This document shows positions 9,811 through 17,681 of a DNA stretch of 64,000 bases, piece by piece (position 1 is the stretch's first letter; every line of letters starts with the position of its first letter). Below the pieces are notes generated by a model that saw only the letters and a list, made by a program, of their open reading frames with translations, was not told the origin of the DNA and did not search any database. Made by a program: the position numbers and the translations under genes. Source of the DNA: Candidatus Velthaea sp. (lineage in GTDB: Bacteria > Vulcanimicrobiota > Vulcanimicrobiia > Vulcanimicrobiales > Vulcanimicrobiaceae); contig CBDCCS010000022.1 in assembly GCA_965214935.1 (NCBI GenBank), positions 64,001-128,000 on the forward strand, read 5' to 3'.

Positions 9811-10943
9811 GATGTCTCCTCGCAGCGCAGCGCCGCGGTCAAAGCGGCCAGATCGGCCGGCGCCAACGCGCCGAGCAGGCGCGGACCGCGCGCGCCGGTG
9901 ACCCGCGGCACGTTGGCCGGCCGCCCGCGCACGAGTTCGTAGGCGAGCACGGCGAACAGCACGGCTTCCTTCGCATCGGCACCGATGCCCCAGCGATCGG
10001 AGCGATCGACGACGCGGTCGGGCAATCCGGCGCGCAAACCGGTCATGAGCGCCGGGTTGTGAACGCCGCCGCCGCTGACGATGACCTCCGCCCCGGGCCG
10101 TGCATACCGCTCGATTGCATCGACGATCGTCGTGACGCTGAGCGCCGTTAGCGTCGCGAGCGCATCCGCAGGACGTACGTGCAAGAGACGCGCGGCATGC
10201 GTCTCGATAAACGGGGCGCCGAAGCGTTCGCGGCCCGTCGACTTCGGCGGACCTGCGGAAAAATACGGATCGGCAAGCCAGGCGCCAAGCAGCGTGCGAT
10301 CGACCGACCCCGCCAACGCGAGTTTACCGTCGCGATCGTACCGGCCGTTGCCCAGTCCGCGTGCCGCAACGTAGCAATCGAGCGGCAGATTTGCCGGACC
10401 GGTGTCGAACGCGATCGTTGCAGCGGCCGGCGTCCCCGCATCGAGAATCGTCAGGTTCGCGATCCCGCCGAGGTTAAGCGCGACCCGGTCGATGTGCGGG
10501 TCGGCGAAGAGCCGTGCATCGAGAAACGGAACGAGCGGCGCGCCGTGTCCACCCGCCGCGCAGTCGGCCGCGCGAAAATTCGACGCGACGGTCACGCCGG
10601 TCGCTTCGCGGATCCGAAAGGCGTCACCGATCTGCCAGCTGCGGTTTGCCGCGCCGTCGTGCGCGAGCGTAACGCCGTGACTGCCGATGAGAGCGACGGC
10701 GTGATCGCCCGCCACGCGGTTTACGGCCGCGCCGAAGGCATCGCCGACGTCGGCATCCAGCGCTGCAAAGACGCGGGCGTCGCGTTCCGCCGGCGGAAAA
10801 GCAGCGATGATTCGCGCGCGCAGGCGCTCGTCGAATGCGATAGTTTTAAAGGTCAGCAGCCGGCATGTCTGCGGGCCGACGTCGACGACGGCTACATCGA
10901 TGCCGTCGAGCGATGTACCCGAAAGCGCACCCGCAACGATCAT
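9807..10943 (-). CDS. anmK: Anhydro-N-acetylmuramic acid kinase
   Basis: SGTSLDGID, FRAADCAAGGHGAPLVP, NLGGIANLT, FDTGPAN, PPKSTGRERF, KEAVLFA. Confidence 0.95.
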   Translation of the reverse strand: MIVAGALSGTSLDGIDVAVVDVGPQTCRLLTFKTIAFDERLRARIIAAFPPAERDARVFAALDADVGDAFGAAVNRVAGDHAVALIGSHGVTLAHDGAANRSWQIGDAFRIREATGVTVASNFRAADCAAGGHGAPLVPFLDARLFADPHIDRVALNLGGIANLTILDAGTPAAATIAFDTGPANLPLDCYVAARGLGNGRYDRDGKLALAGSVDRTLLGAWLADPYFSAGPPKSTGRERFGAPFIETHAARLLHVRPADALATLTALSVTTIVDAIERYARPGAEVIVSGGGVHNPALMTGLRAGLPDRVVDRSDRWGIGADAKEAVLFAVLAYELVRGRPANVPRVTGARGPRLLGALAPADLAALTAALRCEETS

Positions 10944-11977
10944 CGGTCGGCCGCCGCAACGGCCGCATCACACACCGCCGCGCGCAGCGGACGCAAATCG
11001 GCGCGGGCAAAGTGGACGGCGTTCGTCAGCAGCACGACGTTGAGGTCGCGCTCCGGATCGACCCAAATCGACGTGCCGGTAAATCCGGTATGACCGAACG
11101 CGGCCGGGCTCATCGCGCTGCCGCAGGAGTTTGCGGCGCTGGTCCGCAGCGCCCAGCCGAGTCCCCGGCGCAAGACCGGATCGAATGCCGCTTCGCGGAC
11201 TGCTGCGCGCGCCAACCCGCGGTCGAGCGGAGTCGGCCGCCGGTGCTGAGCGGCAAGATACCACTCACCGCAGCGTGCAACGTCGGCCGCATCGGCAAAC
11301 AGCCCGGCATGGCCGGCGACACCGTTAAGCAAGTGCGCTTTTTCATCGTGCACGACGCCTTGCACCAGACCGCGCCAAGCATCGGTTTCCGTCGCGGGGA
11401 TGGACGCGCGCTCGACCGCCGGCGGCGCATAAGCCACATTGCGTGCGCCGCCGGCAGCGCCGGCGCGCTGCACGACGCGGCCTAAACCCGCACCGGCCGC
11501 GCGCGCGAGCACGACACCCAGGACGATGAACCCGAAATCGCTGTAAATGACGTTCCGACCGGGCTCGGCAGCAAGCGGCACGTTCAAACTGAACGATTCG
11601 ACGTCGCGATCCAGAAGCGTCCGGTAATCGGCACCCGATCGCAAACCGGCCGTGTGCGCGAGCAGCATGCGCAAGCTGATCGCCGCGTGCGCAGAGCCGT
11701 TCCACTCCGGCACGAGACCGGTCAACGGCAGGTCGAGCGCAAGTTGTCGGGCGGCTACCCCGGCAAGCGCGACCGTCGTAACGAAGATCTTCGTCAGCGA
11801 TGCAAGGTCGAAACGGCTATCCGGGTAGACGGCGCGTGCTCCCGGCAGTCGCGTCGTCGTGCCGTACGCGCGGCAGAACCGCAGGCGGCCGCCACTCTCG
11901 ATGCGCAACACGGCAGCGCTATACTGCCGGCCCAGACTCGACCGGACGGCCGCGTCGGCGTCAGCGAATGCCGGCAA
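10940..11977 (-). CDS. Serine hydrolase, beta-lactamase class C-like (AmiE-type amidase/esterase candidate)
   Basis: SxxK (ASLTK), YSD, VHDEKA, GHAGLF and GHTGFTG. Sits directly after nagZ. Start approximate (TTG 11977). Confidence 0.85.
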   Translation of the reverse strand: MPAFADADAAVRSSLGRQYSAAVLRIESGGRLRFCRAYGTTTRLPGARAVYPDSRFDLASLTKIFVTTVALAGVAARQLALDLPLTGLVPEWNGSAHAAISLRMLLAHTAGLRSGADYRTLLDRDVESFSLNVPLAAEPGRNVIYSDFGFIVLGVVLARAAGAGLGRVVQRAGAAGGARNVAYAPPAVERASIPATETDAWRGLVQGVVHDEKAHLLNGVAGHAGLFADAADVARCGEWYLAAQHRRPTPLDRGLARAAVREAAFDPVLRRGLGWALRTSAANSCGSAMSPAAFGHTGFTGTSIWVDPERDLNVVLLTNAVHFARADLRPLRAAVCDAAVAAADR

Positions 11978-13508
11978 CGCGATCGATCGACACCGGCAGC
12001 CGGCCGGCGGCGGCGGCAACTCCGGTCAGCACGTCGGCACAGCCCGCAAACGCAAGTTCCTCATCGCCGTAGATGCAGATTGTTGCCGCGTGCTTGAATA
12101 ACGCCGCGTCGTACGGCTCGCGTGCCGACACGAGAATCGCGTGCGGAACGGCGGCGAGTATTCGACCGATCGCCGCTGCTTGCGCAGCATACAGATGTGC
12201 CCGCCGCATGACGACGATGAAGTTACGGTCGCCCAGCGCTGCGATATGCGCGAGCAAGAGTGCGATGTCATCGGCGTCGGGTTCGAGCGCGACGCGCATG
12301 AGCTCGCTTTTAAAGCGCCGCGCACGTAAAGCTGCGCTCAACGACGCGTACTGCATGCGCGTCCCGGCTGCGCCGTCGGCGATCGTTCCTTCGAACGAAA
12401 TCACCGTTACGGCCCGGCCGGGCCGCAAGACCGGGTCGCCGCGTACGATCGTCACCGCCCGTTGCGCGGCGATTCGCTCGGATCCGTCAGCGCCATCGGG
12501 CGGCGACGGCTCGAGCTTTGCGAACCGTTCGCGCAGGAAGCCTACGCGCTGCGCGGCCAGTTCGAGGCGTTCGCGAGCGAGCGAACCGGCGCCAATCGCC
12601 GCGACGATCGCATCGGCCGCGGCTTCGGCGCGGTCCAGCCGATGGCTGACGAGCAGCAGATCGGCACCCGCCCGCAGCGCCTCCACGGCGCCGGCCGACG
12701 TCCCGACCGTTGCGGCGATCGCGTCCATCTCCAAGCAATCGGTCGCGATCACACCGGTGAAACCCAGCTCTTCGCGCAGCAACCCCGTAAGAACCGGTGC
12801 CGAGAGTGTTGCCGGCACGAGCGGATCGAAGGCCTCGACGATGAGATGCGCGGTCATCACGATCGAAACTCGTGCCGATATCGCTGCTGCGAACGGCACC
12901 AGATCGCGCTGCCGGAAGGTCGAACCGGGCGTCGAAATCCGGGCCAGCTGCGCGTGCGAATCGCATTCCGTCGAGCCGTGCCCGGGAAAATGCTTGATCG
13001 CAGCCGCGACGCCGCCGGTCTCCAAACCGCGCGCAAAGGCGACGCTCAAGCTCGCGGCTCGCGCGGGATCTTCGCCGAAACTGCGCGTTCCGATGACGGT
13101 ATTGCGCGGCTCGCGCGCAAGATCGGCGCACGGTGCAAAATTAACGCTGATGCCCAATCGCGCCAAGTCGCCGCCCAGCCGCCGGGCCAGCCGTTCGCAT
13201 TGCTCGCCGTCATCGCCGGCCGCCAGCGCCATCGGTGAGGGTAGTTGTACGCAGACAGCCGGATCGCCGATGCGCGCAACGCGGCCGCCTTCCTGGTCGA
13301 TTGCGATGAGCGGCGGCGGCGACCCGCAGGTGCGTAAACGCGCAATCGACGCACGTAAGGCGGCACCGCTTCCGACATTGCGCGCGAACAGAACGATCGC
13401 CCCCGGACCGAAAGCCTGCAGTTCGGCGACCGGGACGGCCGCCGCTTCGCTCCCGTCATAGCCGACGCAAAAGACGCTGCGCGCTAAGCTTCGGAGTTCA
13501 GCGGACAT
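11961..13508 (-). CDS. nagZ: GH3 beta-N-acetylglucosaminidase
   Basis: DQEGGRV, the NagZ signature KHFPGHGxxxxDSH, nucleophile region TDCLEM, and a C-terminal GH3 domain. Confidence 0.93.
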   Translation of the reverse strand: MSAELRSLARSVFCVGYDGSEAAAVPVAELQAFGPGAIVLFARNVGSGAALRASIARLRTCGSPPPLIAIDQEGGRVARIGDPAVCVQLPSPMALAAGDDGEQCERLARRLGGDLARLGISVNFAPCADLAREPRNTVIGTRSFGEDPARAASLSVAFARGLETGGVAAAIKHFPGHGSTECDSHAQLARISTPGSTFRQRDLVPFAAAISARVSIVMTAHLIVEAFDPLVPATLSAPVLTGLLREELGFTGVIATDCLEMDAIAATVGTSAGAVEALRAGADLLLVSHRLDRAEAAADAIVAAIGAGSLARERLELAAQRVGFLRERFAKLEPSPPDGADGSERIAAQRAVTIVRGDPVLRPGRAVTVISFEGTIADGAAGTRMQYASLSAALRARRFKSELMRVALEPDADDIALLLAHIAALGDRNFIVVMRRAHLYAAQAAAIGRILAAVPHAILVSAREPYDAALFKHAATICIYGDEELAFAGCADVLTGVAAAAGRLPVSIDRVAGIR

Positions 13509-14514
13509 AGCTGCCCGCTGCGTCGTATGTCCGCACGTCCGTGTAATCGAACGTCAAGCCGACCGTCATGCCGGCTGTCGCGGCAGCGTCGGTCAGCGCG
13601 ACCACCGGTACGCCGCTGAGATTGACCGTCGCGTAGCGCTGCGCCCCAATGGTTTCGATGAAACGAATCCGTCCGCTAATCGGACCCGCAATGGTCGTGC
13701 GGATGCGTTCGGCGCGCAGCGCAATCGCTGCGATGCCGGCGGTTGCCGCACAAGCGATTGCCGGATGAGCGCGCGCCTGGAACCGCCCACCGCTTACCGA
13801 TCCGTCGAAGACGTTCGCCGGAGGCCGGCCGAGGAAGCGGGCAACGAACGCGGTCGGTGGGGCCGCGGCAAGCGTCGCCGGCCGGTCGAGCGCAACGATC
13901 CGTCCGCCGTCGACGATCGCAACGCGATCGCCGAGCGTGACGGCTTCGTCTTGATCGTGGGTCACGAAAATGGCGGCATTCGTCGCACTCGCCTGCCTTT
14001 CGGCGATTTCGAGCCGGAGTATCGCTCGCAGCGGCGCGTCAAGACTAGCGAAGGGCTCGTCGTACAGCATCGCCGCAGGCTCGACGGCCAACGCACGCGC
14101 CACCGCAACCCGTTGCTGTTCGCCCCGGGAGAGCTGCGCCGGATACCGGTCAAGCAGCCCGGTCAACCCGAAACGTTCGGCGAGTGCAAGGACCCGCAAG
14201 CGCCGCTCGAATCGGACCCCGAAGCCGATATTCGTACGTACCGACAGATGCGGAAAGAGCGCAAAATCGGCAAACACCATCCCGATGCGGCGCGCTTCCG
14301 CCGATGCGCGGGTGACATCCCGGCCGCTCAATACGATGCGCCCGGCGGCAAGCGGTGTTAAGCCGGCAATGGCTCGTAAAAGCGTTGTTTTACCCGAGCC
14401 CGACGGTCCGAGCATCGTCAGAATCTCGCCGTCATCAACGCTCAAGCTTACATCGTCGACGATCGTCCGCTTGCCGAAGCGAACGGATACATGCTCGACG
14501 GCCAGCCGCGGCAC
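13498..14514 (-). CDS. ABC transporter ATP-binding protein (MalK/FbpC-like, with TOBE-type C-terminus)
   Basis: Walker A GPSGSGKT, variant signature LSRGEQQR, Walker B LYDEP, H-loop VTHDQDEA. Confidence 0.9.
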   Translation of the reverse strand: MPRLAVEHVSVRFGKRTIVDDVSLSVDDGEILTMLGPSGSGKTTLLRAIAGLTPLAAGRIVLSGRDVTRASAEARRIGMVFADFALFPHLSVRTNIGFGVRFERRLRVLALAERFGLTGLLDRYPAQLSRGEQQRVAVARALAVEPAAMLYDEPFASLDAPLRAILRLEIAERQASATNAAIFVTHDQDEAVTLGDRVAIVDGGRIVALDRPATLAAAPPTAFVARFLGRPPANVFDGSVSGGRFQARAHPAIACAATAGIAAIALRAERIRTTIAGPISGRIRFIETIGAQRYATVNLSGVPVVALTDAAATAGMTVGLTFDYTDVRTYDAAGSYVR

Positions 14515-14858
14515 TAGCGCAAGGTGATGATCTGAGCGAAATACTTGCCGTCGACTTGGCTTGTATACACCTCGACCGACATGCCGCGTTTGAGGTCGGT
14601 AATCGCGTGGTAACCCGCAGCGTTGCCTTGGATTTGCGTCGAGGGCATGACCTCGATATCCGTCTTATTAACGATCATCACGTTACGCTGATAATCGACG
14701 CTGCTGATTTTGCCGGTGATGATTCCACCGTCGTGCGGGTGATCGGCCGCAGTCGCGGTTGCCACTGGCGCCGGGCTATCGCTCGACGGTGCTGCGCCGG
14801 CCGGCGCCGCCAACATCAAGCCGACGAACCAAGCTGCAAAAACCGAGCGCGCAAACAC
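14514..14858 (-). CDS. Small exported OB-fold (DUF5666-like) protein
   Basis: Signal peptide, then a GKISSVD...T.I...DLKRGMSVEV pattern. Confidence 0.65.
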   Translation of the reverse strand: MFARSVFAAWFVGLMLAAPAGAAPSSDSPAPVATATAADHPHDGGIITGKISSVDYQRNVMIVNKTDIEVMPSTQIQGNAAGYHAITDLKRGMSVEVYTSQVDGKYFAQIITLR

Positions 14859-14880
14859 CCCAATCTAACGTACGGCGGCC

Positions 14881-15252
14881 TTAAAACGTCGCAAGATAGG
14901 CTTGACGCGCAGCCTCCCGCAAGCGCTCGGGATCTTCGCGTAGCGGGCGAAGATCGGCCAGCGCCGTGCCGGCTTTCGTCCACGCGGCGTCGATCGCCGC
15001 GCGATCCGGCGCCGCCGCGAGCGCCGCCAGTCCACGAACGCGGCGCACGATTTCATCGCTCGCAGACGTTCCGGCAAGCGTTAGGCGCAAGGCGATCAGC
15101 GCTTCATCGGCGGCGCGAACGCCGACGGCTTCGAGCGCGCGATAGAACGGCAACGCCGCCGCAATCGGCACCCGGTCGCGTAGCACCGCTGCGATTGCCG
15201 CGGCTTTATCGGGCCGGCCGTCGAGCAGGTAACCATCGATCGGGTGCGTCAT
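14881..15252 (-). CDS. Hypothetical protein (helical, Ala-rich)
   Basis: 123-aa ATG ORF co-oriented with the downstream operon and filling the gap. Confidence 0.6.
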   Translation of the reverse strand: MTHPIDGYLLDGRPDKAAAIAAVLRDRVPIAAALPFYRALEAVGVRAADEALIALRLTLAGTSASDEIVRRVRGLAALAAAPDRAAIDAAWTKAGTALADLRPLREDPERLREAARQAYLATF

Positions 15253-15371
15253 CGCAGCAGCAGCGCCGCACGAGTCGGTCTCACGTTAGCGTCTCCCATC
15301 AACGTTACCTAACATTTCGCAGCGCCGGTCGCACAGGAGAAGCTTAGGCTAGCCTCGCATCGAGCAAGGTT

Positions 15372-16241
15372 ATGCAAGCCGTCTCCCAACCCCGTGACCC
15401 CTTTGCGCTACGAACGGGAATCGGCCTGGCGGCCGTCCACGTCGGCTCGCTCGCGATCTTTTTACCGCACATGTTCTCATGGACTGCTGTCGTCGTCGCG
15501 CTCGTTCTGTACTACCTCACGGGAGCATTTGGAATCACGCTCGGCTTCCACCGTCTGTTGACGCACCGCAGCCTCAAGCTCGTGAAGCCGCTTGAATATC
15601 TGGTCGCGATCCTCGGCACCTTAGCTCTCCAGGGCGGCCCGATCGAATGGATCGCCACGCATCGCGCGCATCATGCACATACCGACCGTCAAGGCGACCC
15701 GCACGATGTCAATCGCGGCCTGCGCTGGGCGCACATGCAGTGGCTGTACCGCTATAACGACGCGCGATTGAGTAAAGCCGAGCAATTGCGGCTCGCGCCG
15801 GATCTGGCCAAAGATCCGTTTTATGTGTTTCTCGAAGAATACTACGTGTGGCTCCAGGTTGCGCTGGGCGTCGTACTCTTCATCGCCGGCGGCTGGCCCT
15901 GGGTTGTTTACGGGGTTTTCGTGCGCTGTGTCGCGACGTATCACATCACTTGGCTGGTCAACAGCGCCGCACATCATGACGGTTATCAAACCTACCGTAC
16001 CGGCGACAAGTCGACGAACAATTGGTGGGTTGCGTTTCTTGCGTGGGGCGAGGGCTGGCACAACAACCATCATGCGTTCCCGTTTTCGGCACGCCATGGC
16101 CTGCGCTGGTTCGAGTTTGATGCAACGTGGCTGACGATTCGCGCGCTTGTCGCCTTACGGCTCGCCCGCGATATCAAGTTGCCGACCGAAGCGATGCTCG
16201 ACCGGCTTGCGCTCAAGCCGACCATCGCTCACAAGACCTAG
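15372..16241 (+). CDS. Membrane delta-9 fatty acid (acyl-lipid/acyl-CoA) desaturase, DesC-like
   Basis: His boxes HRLLTH, HRAHH and GEGWHNNHH, plus TM segments. Confidence 0.93.
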   Translation: MQAVSQPRDPFALRTGIGLAAVHVGSLAIFLPHMFSWTAVVVALVLYYLTGAFGITLGFHRLLTHRSLKLVKPLEYLVAILGTLALQGGPIEWIATHRAHHAHTDRQGDPHDVNRGLRWAHMQWLYRYNDARLSKAEQLRLAPDLAKDPFYVFLEEYYVWLQVALGVVLFIAGGWPWVVYGVFVRCVATYHITWLVNSAAHHDGYQTYRTGDKSTNNWWVAFLAWGEGWHNNHHAFPFSARHGLRWFEFDATWLTIRALVALRLARDIKLPTEAMLDRLALKPTIAHKT

Positions 16242-16252
16242 TCGAAGCCGGC

Positions 16253-16531
16253 TTATTCGAGGTCTGCTTCGAGCGCTTCCGCGGTCCGCTGCATGACTTT
16301 CGCCAGCAATGCGATCGCGCCGGCGCGATTCGTGTTCAGCAGCATGTATTGCATCCGGTCGTTGGGATGCAGGACCACGAAGATACCCTTGCTGCCGGTC
16401 GTTACCGATTCCATGATGCGTTCGACGAACGCACGGTCATCATCATCGAGCTCGACGTGCGGAGCTGGTGCTTCTTCCGATCGTTGTAAGAGATCGGTTA
16501 AAAAGGCGTCTAAGTTCTCGGGCGTATCCAT
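16253..16531 (-). CDS. Hypothetical protein (acidic, 92 aa)
   Basis: ATG preceded by a purine-rich RBS-like tract (AAGGAAGAGAG) and a sigma28-like promoter upstream. Confidence 0.65.
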   Translation of the reverse strand: MDTPENLDAFLTDLLQRSEEAPAPHVELDDDDRAFVERIMESVTTGSKGIFVVLHPNDRMQYMLLNTNRAGAIALLAKVMQRTAEALEADLE

Positions 16532-16588
16532 GGTGCAACTCTCTTCCTTGAGGTTTGAGGGCGAAGCGCCGCCTGCGCGTTACATCAA

Positions 16589-16615
16589 ATATCGGCGAAC
16601 GGCGGTGTAACTGTA
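16589..16615 (-). promoter_or_regulatory. Putative sigma28 (FliA/WhiG)-type promoter
   Basis: Minus strand reads TACA-N15-GCCGATAT; consensus is TAAA-N15-GCCGATAA. Confidence 0.5.
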
Positions 16616-16776
16616 GACGCCTGCCCCGGCGTACGGCCGAGAGCCGCAAAGCGCTTGCGGAGGTACGGCATCGGCACGAATGTATGGTGCGGTAATTAGC
16701 ACTACTTTCATTGCCTTTGCAGTAAAGTAAACATTACGAGGCTTTTTATTATTCGGCGATAAAATAGTAGCTTATA

Positions 16777-17067
16777 ATGCCTACCATTGATAAAATAGCC
16801 CGCGAAATACGCGATTTCGAAGGCTTCGACGTACGAATTCGTCAAGCTGACTTCAAATCGAACAACACCGCCAAGATGCCCGGATACAAGCGTCGCTACA
16901 ATCGTATTGCCTGGAATACGTTTACGGTCAACGACTGGCGCCGTCGCCGGTTCGAGGGCGATTACCCGGAGTACGTTGTCGACGTTCTCAAGCCCGACGG
17001 AACGGTTGCAACCGGCAAAACCGCCTTAGCGAAGATACGCTCGCTTTACGAACGTAACGATAACTAG
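16777..17067 (+). CDS. Small hypothetical protein (96 aa, possible beta-grasp-like fold)
   Basis: ATG ORF after an AT-rich upstream region, followed by a terminator. Pattern IxxxEGFxVxI...TVxxWxxxRF...YP...VDVLxxDG...GxTxLxxIRxxY. Confidence 0.7.
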   Translation: MPTIDKIAREIRDFEGFDVRIRQADFKSNNTAKMPGYKRRYNRIAWNTFTVNDWRRRRFEGDYPEYVVDVLKPDGTVATGKTALAKIRSLYERNDN

Positions 17068-17103
17068 TTTAGCGCGGCACGCAGCTACGTGTCGTCCGTA
17101 GTT

Positions 17104-17139
17104 ACAAAAAAGAGACGGCCGTTGCCGTCTCTTTTTTGT
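17104..17139. terminator. Bidirectional intrinsic terminator
   Basis: Perfect inverted repeat ACAAAAAAGAGACGGC-CGTT-GCCGTCTCTTTTTTGT between convergent genes. Confidence 0.9.
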
Positions 17140-17153
17140 CGTCGAGCGGAAAT

Positions 17154-17681
17154 TTACAGTGCAGCGAAAGCGGCGTCGTATTGCGGCTCCGACGCGATTT
17201 CCGGCACGATCTCAAAATACTTGAGCTTCGCATCTTTGCCGATGACAACGACCGCGCGGGCCAGCAAGCCGATCTCTTTAATGGCTAAGCCGTAGGCACG
17301 CCCGAAATTATGATCCCGGTAATCCGACAAATACGTCAGCCCCTGTGCTTCATTGGTTTCCGCCCAACGTTTCTGAGCGAACGGGAGATCGAGGCTTATC
17401 ACAAACGCCGCGGCGTCCGGTGGAACTTCCACGAGGCGCTTATGAAACGTCGACGTTTCGACCGAACACGTCGGCGTGTCGAGCGACGGCACAACGATGA
17501 ATAACGCCTCGCGTTTGCCGCCGGCGATTGCATCGTGCAGCGTGAACGGTGCGAGATCCGCGCCGCTGAGGGTGAACTCCGGCGCTGGTTCGCCGACCGT
17601 CAGGCCCGGTCCGATGAGCGTCATCGGATTTCCCTGGAACGTAATAACGCCGGAGCGCTCGGAGCTTATCTGAGTGGTCAT
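17154..17681 (-). CDS. tpx: Thiol peroxidase (Tpx-type peroxiredoxin)
   Basis: ITFQGNPMTL, VPSLDTPTC, ISLDLPFAQKRW, LSDYR, LLARAVVV. ATG overlaps the upstream stop (TGATG). Confidence 0.93.
   Translation of the reverse strand: MTTQISSERSGVITFQGNPMTLIGPGLTVGEPAPEFTLSGADLAPFTLHDAIAGGKREALFIVVPSLDTPTCSVETSTFHKRLVEVPPDAAAFVISLDLPFAQKRWAETNEAQGLTYLSDYRDHNFGRAYGLAIKEIGLLARAVVVIGKDAKLKYFEIVPEIASEPQYDAAFAAL

Noticed and set aside
10940..11977. Beta-lactamase as an antibiotic-resistance gene
   Set aside because: Its position inside the nagZ-anmK-murQ operon favours a cell-wall recycling hydrolase.
7773..13461. Long plus-strand ORFs (7773-8993, 10179-11093, 12073-13461) and similar ones elsewhere (e.g. 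19409-20542, 50038-51258)
   Set aside because: They are antisense or alternate-frame shadows of well-supported genes in GC-rich DNA, with no motifs.
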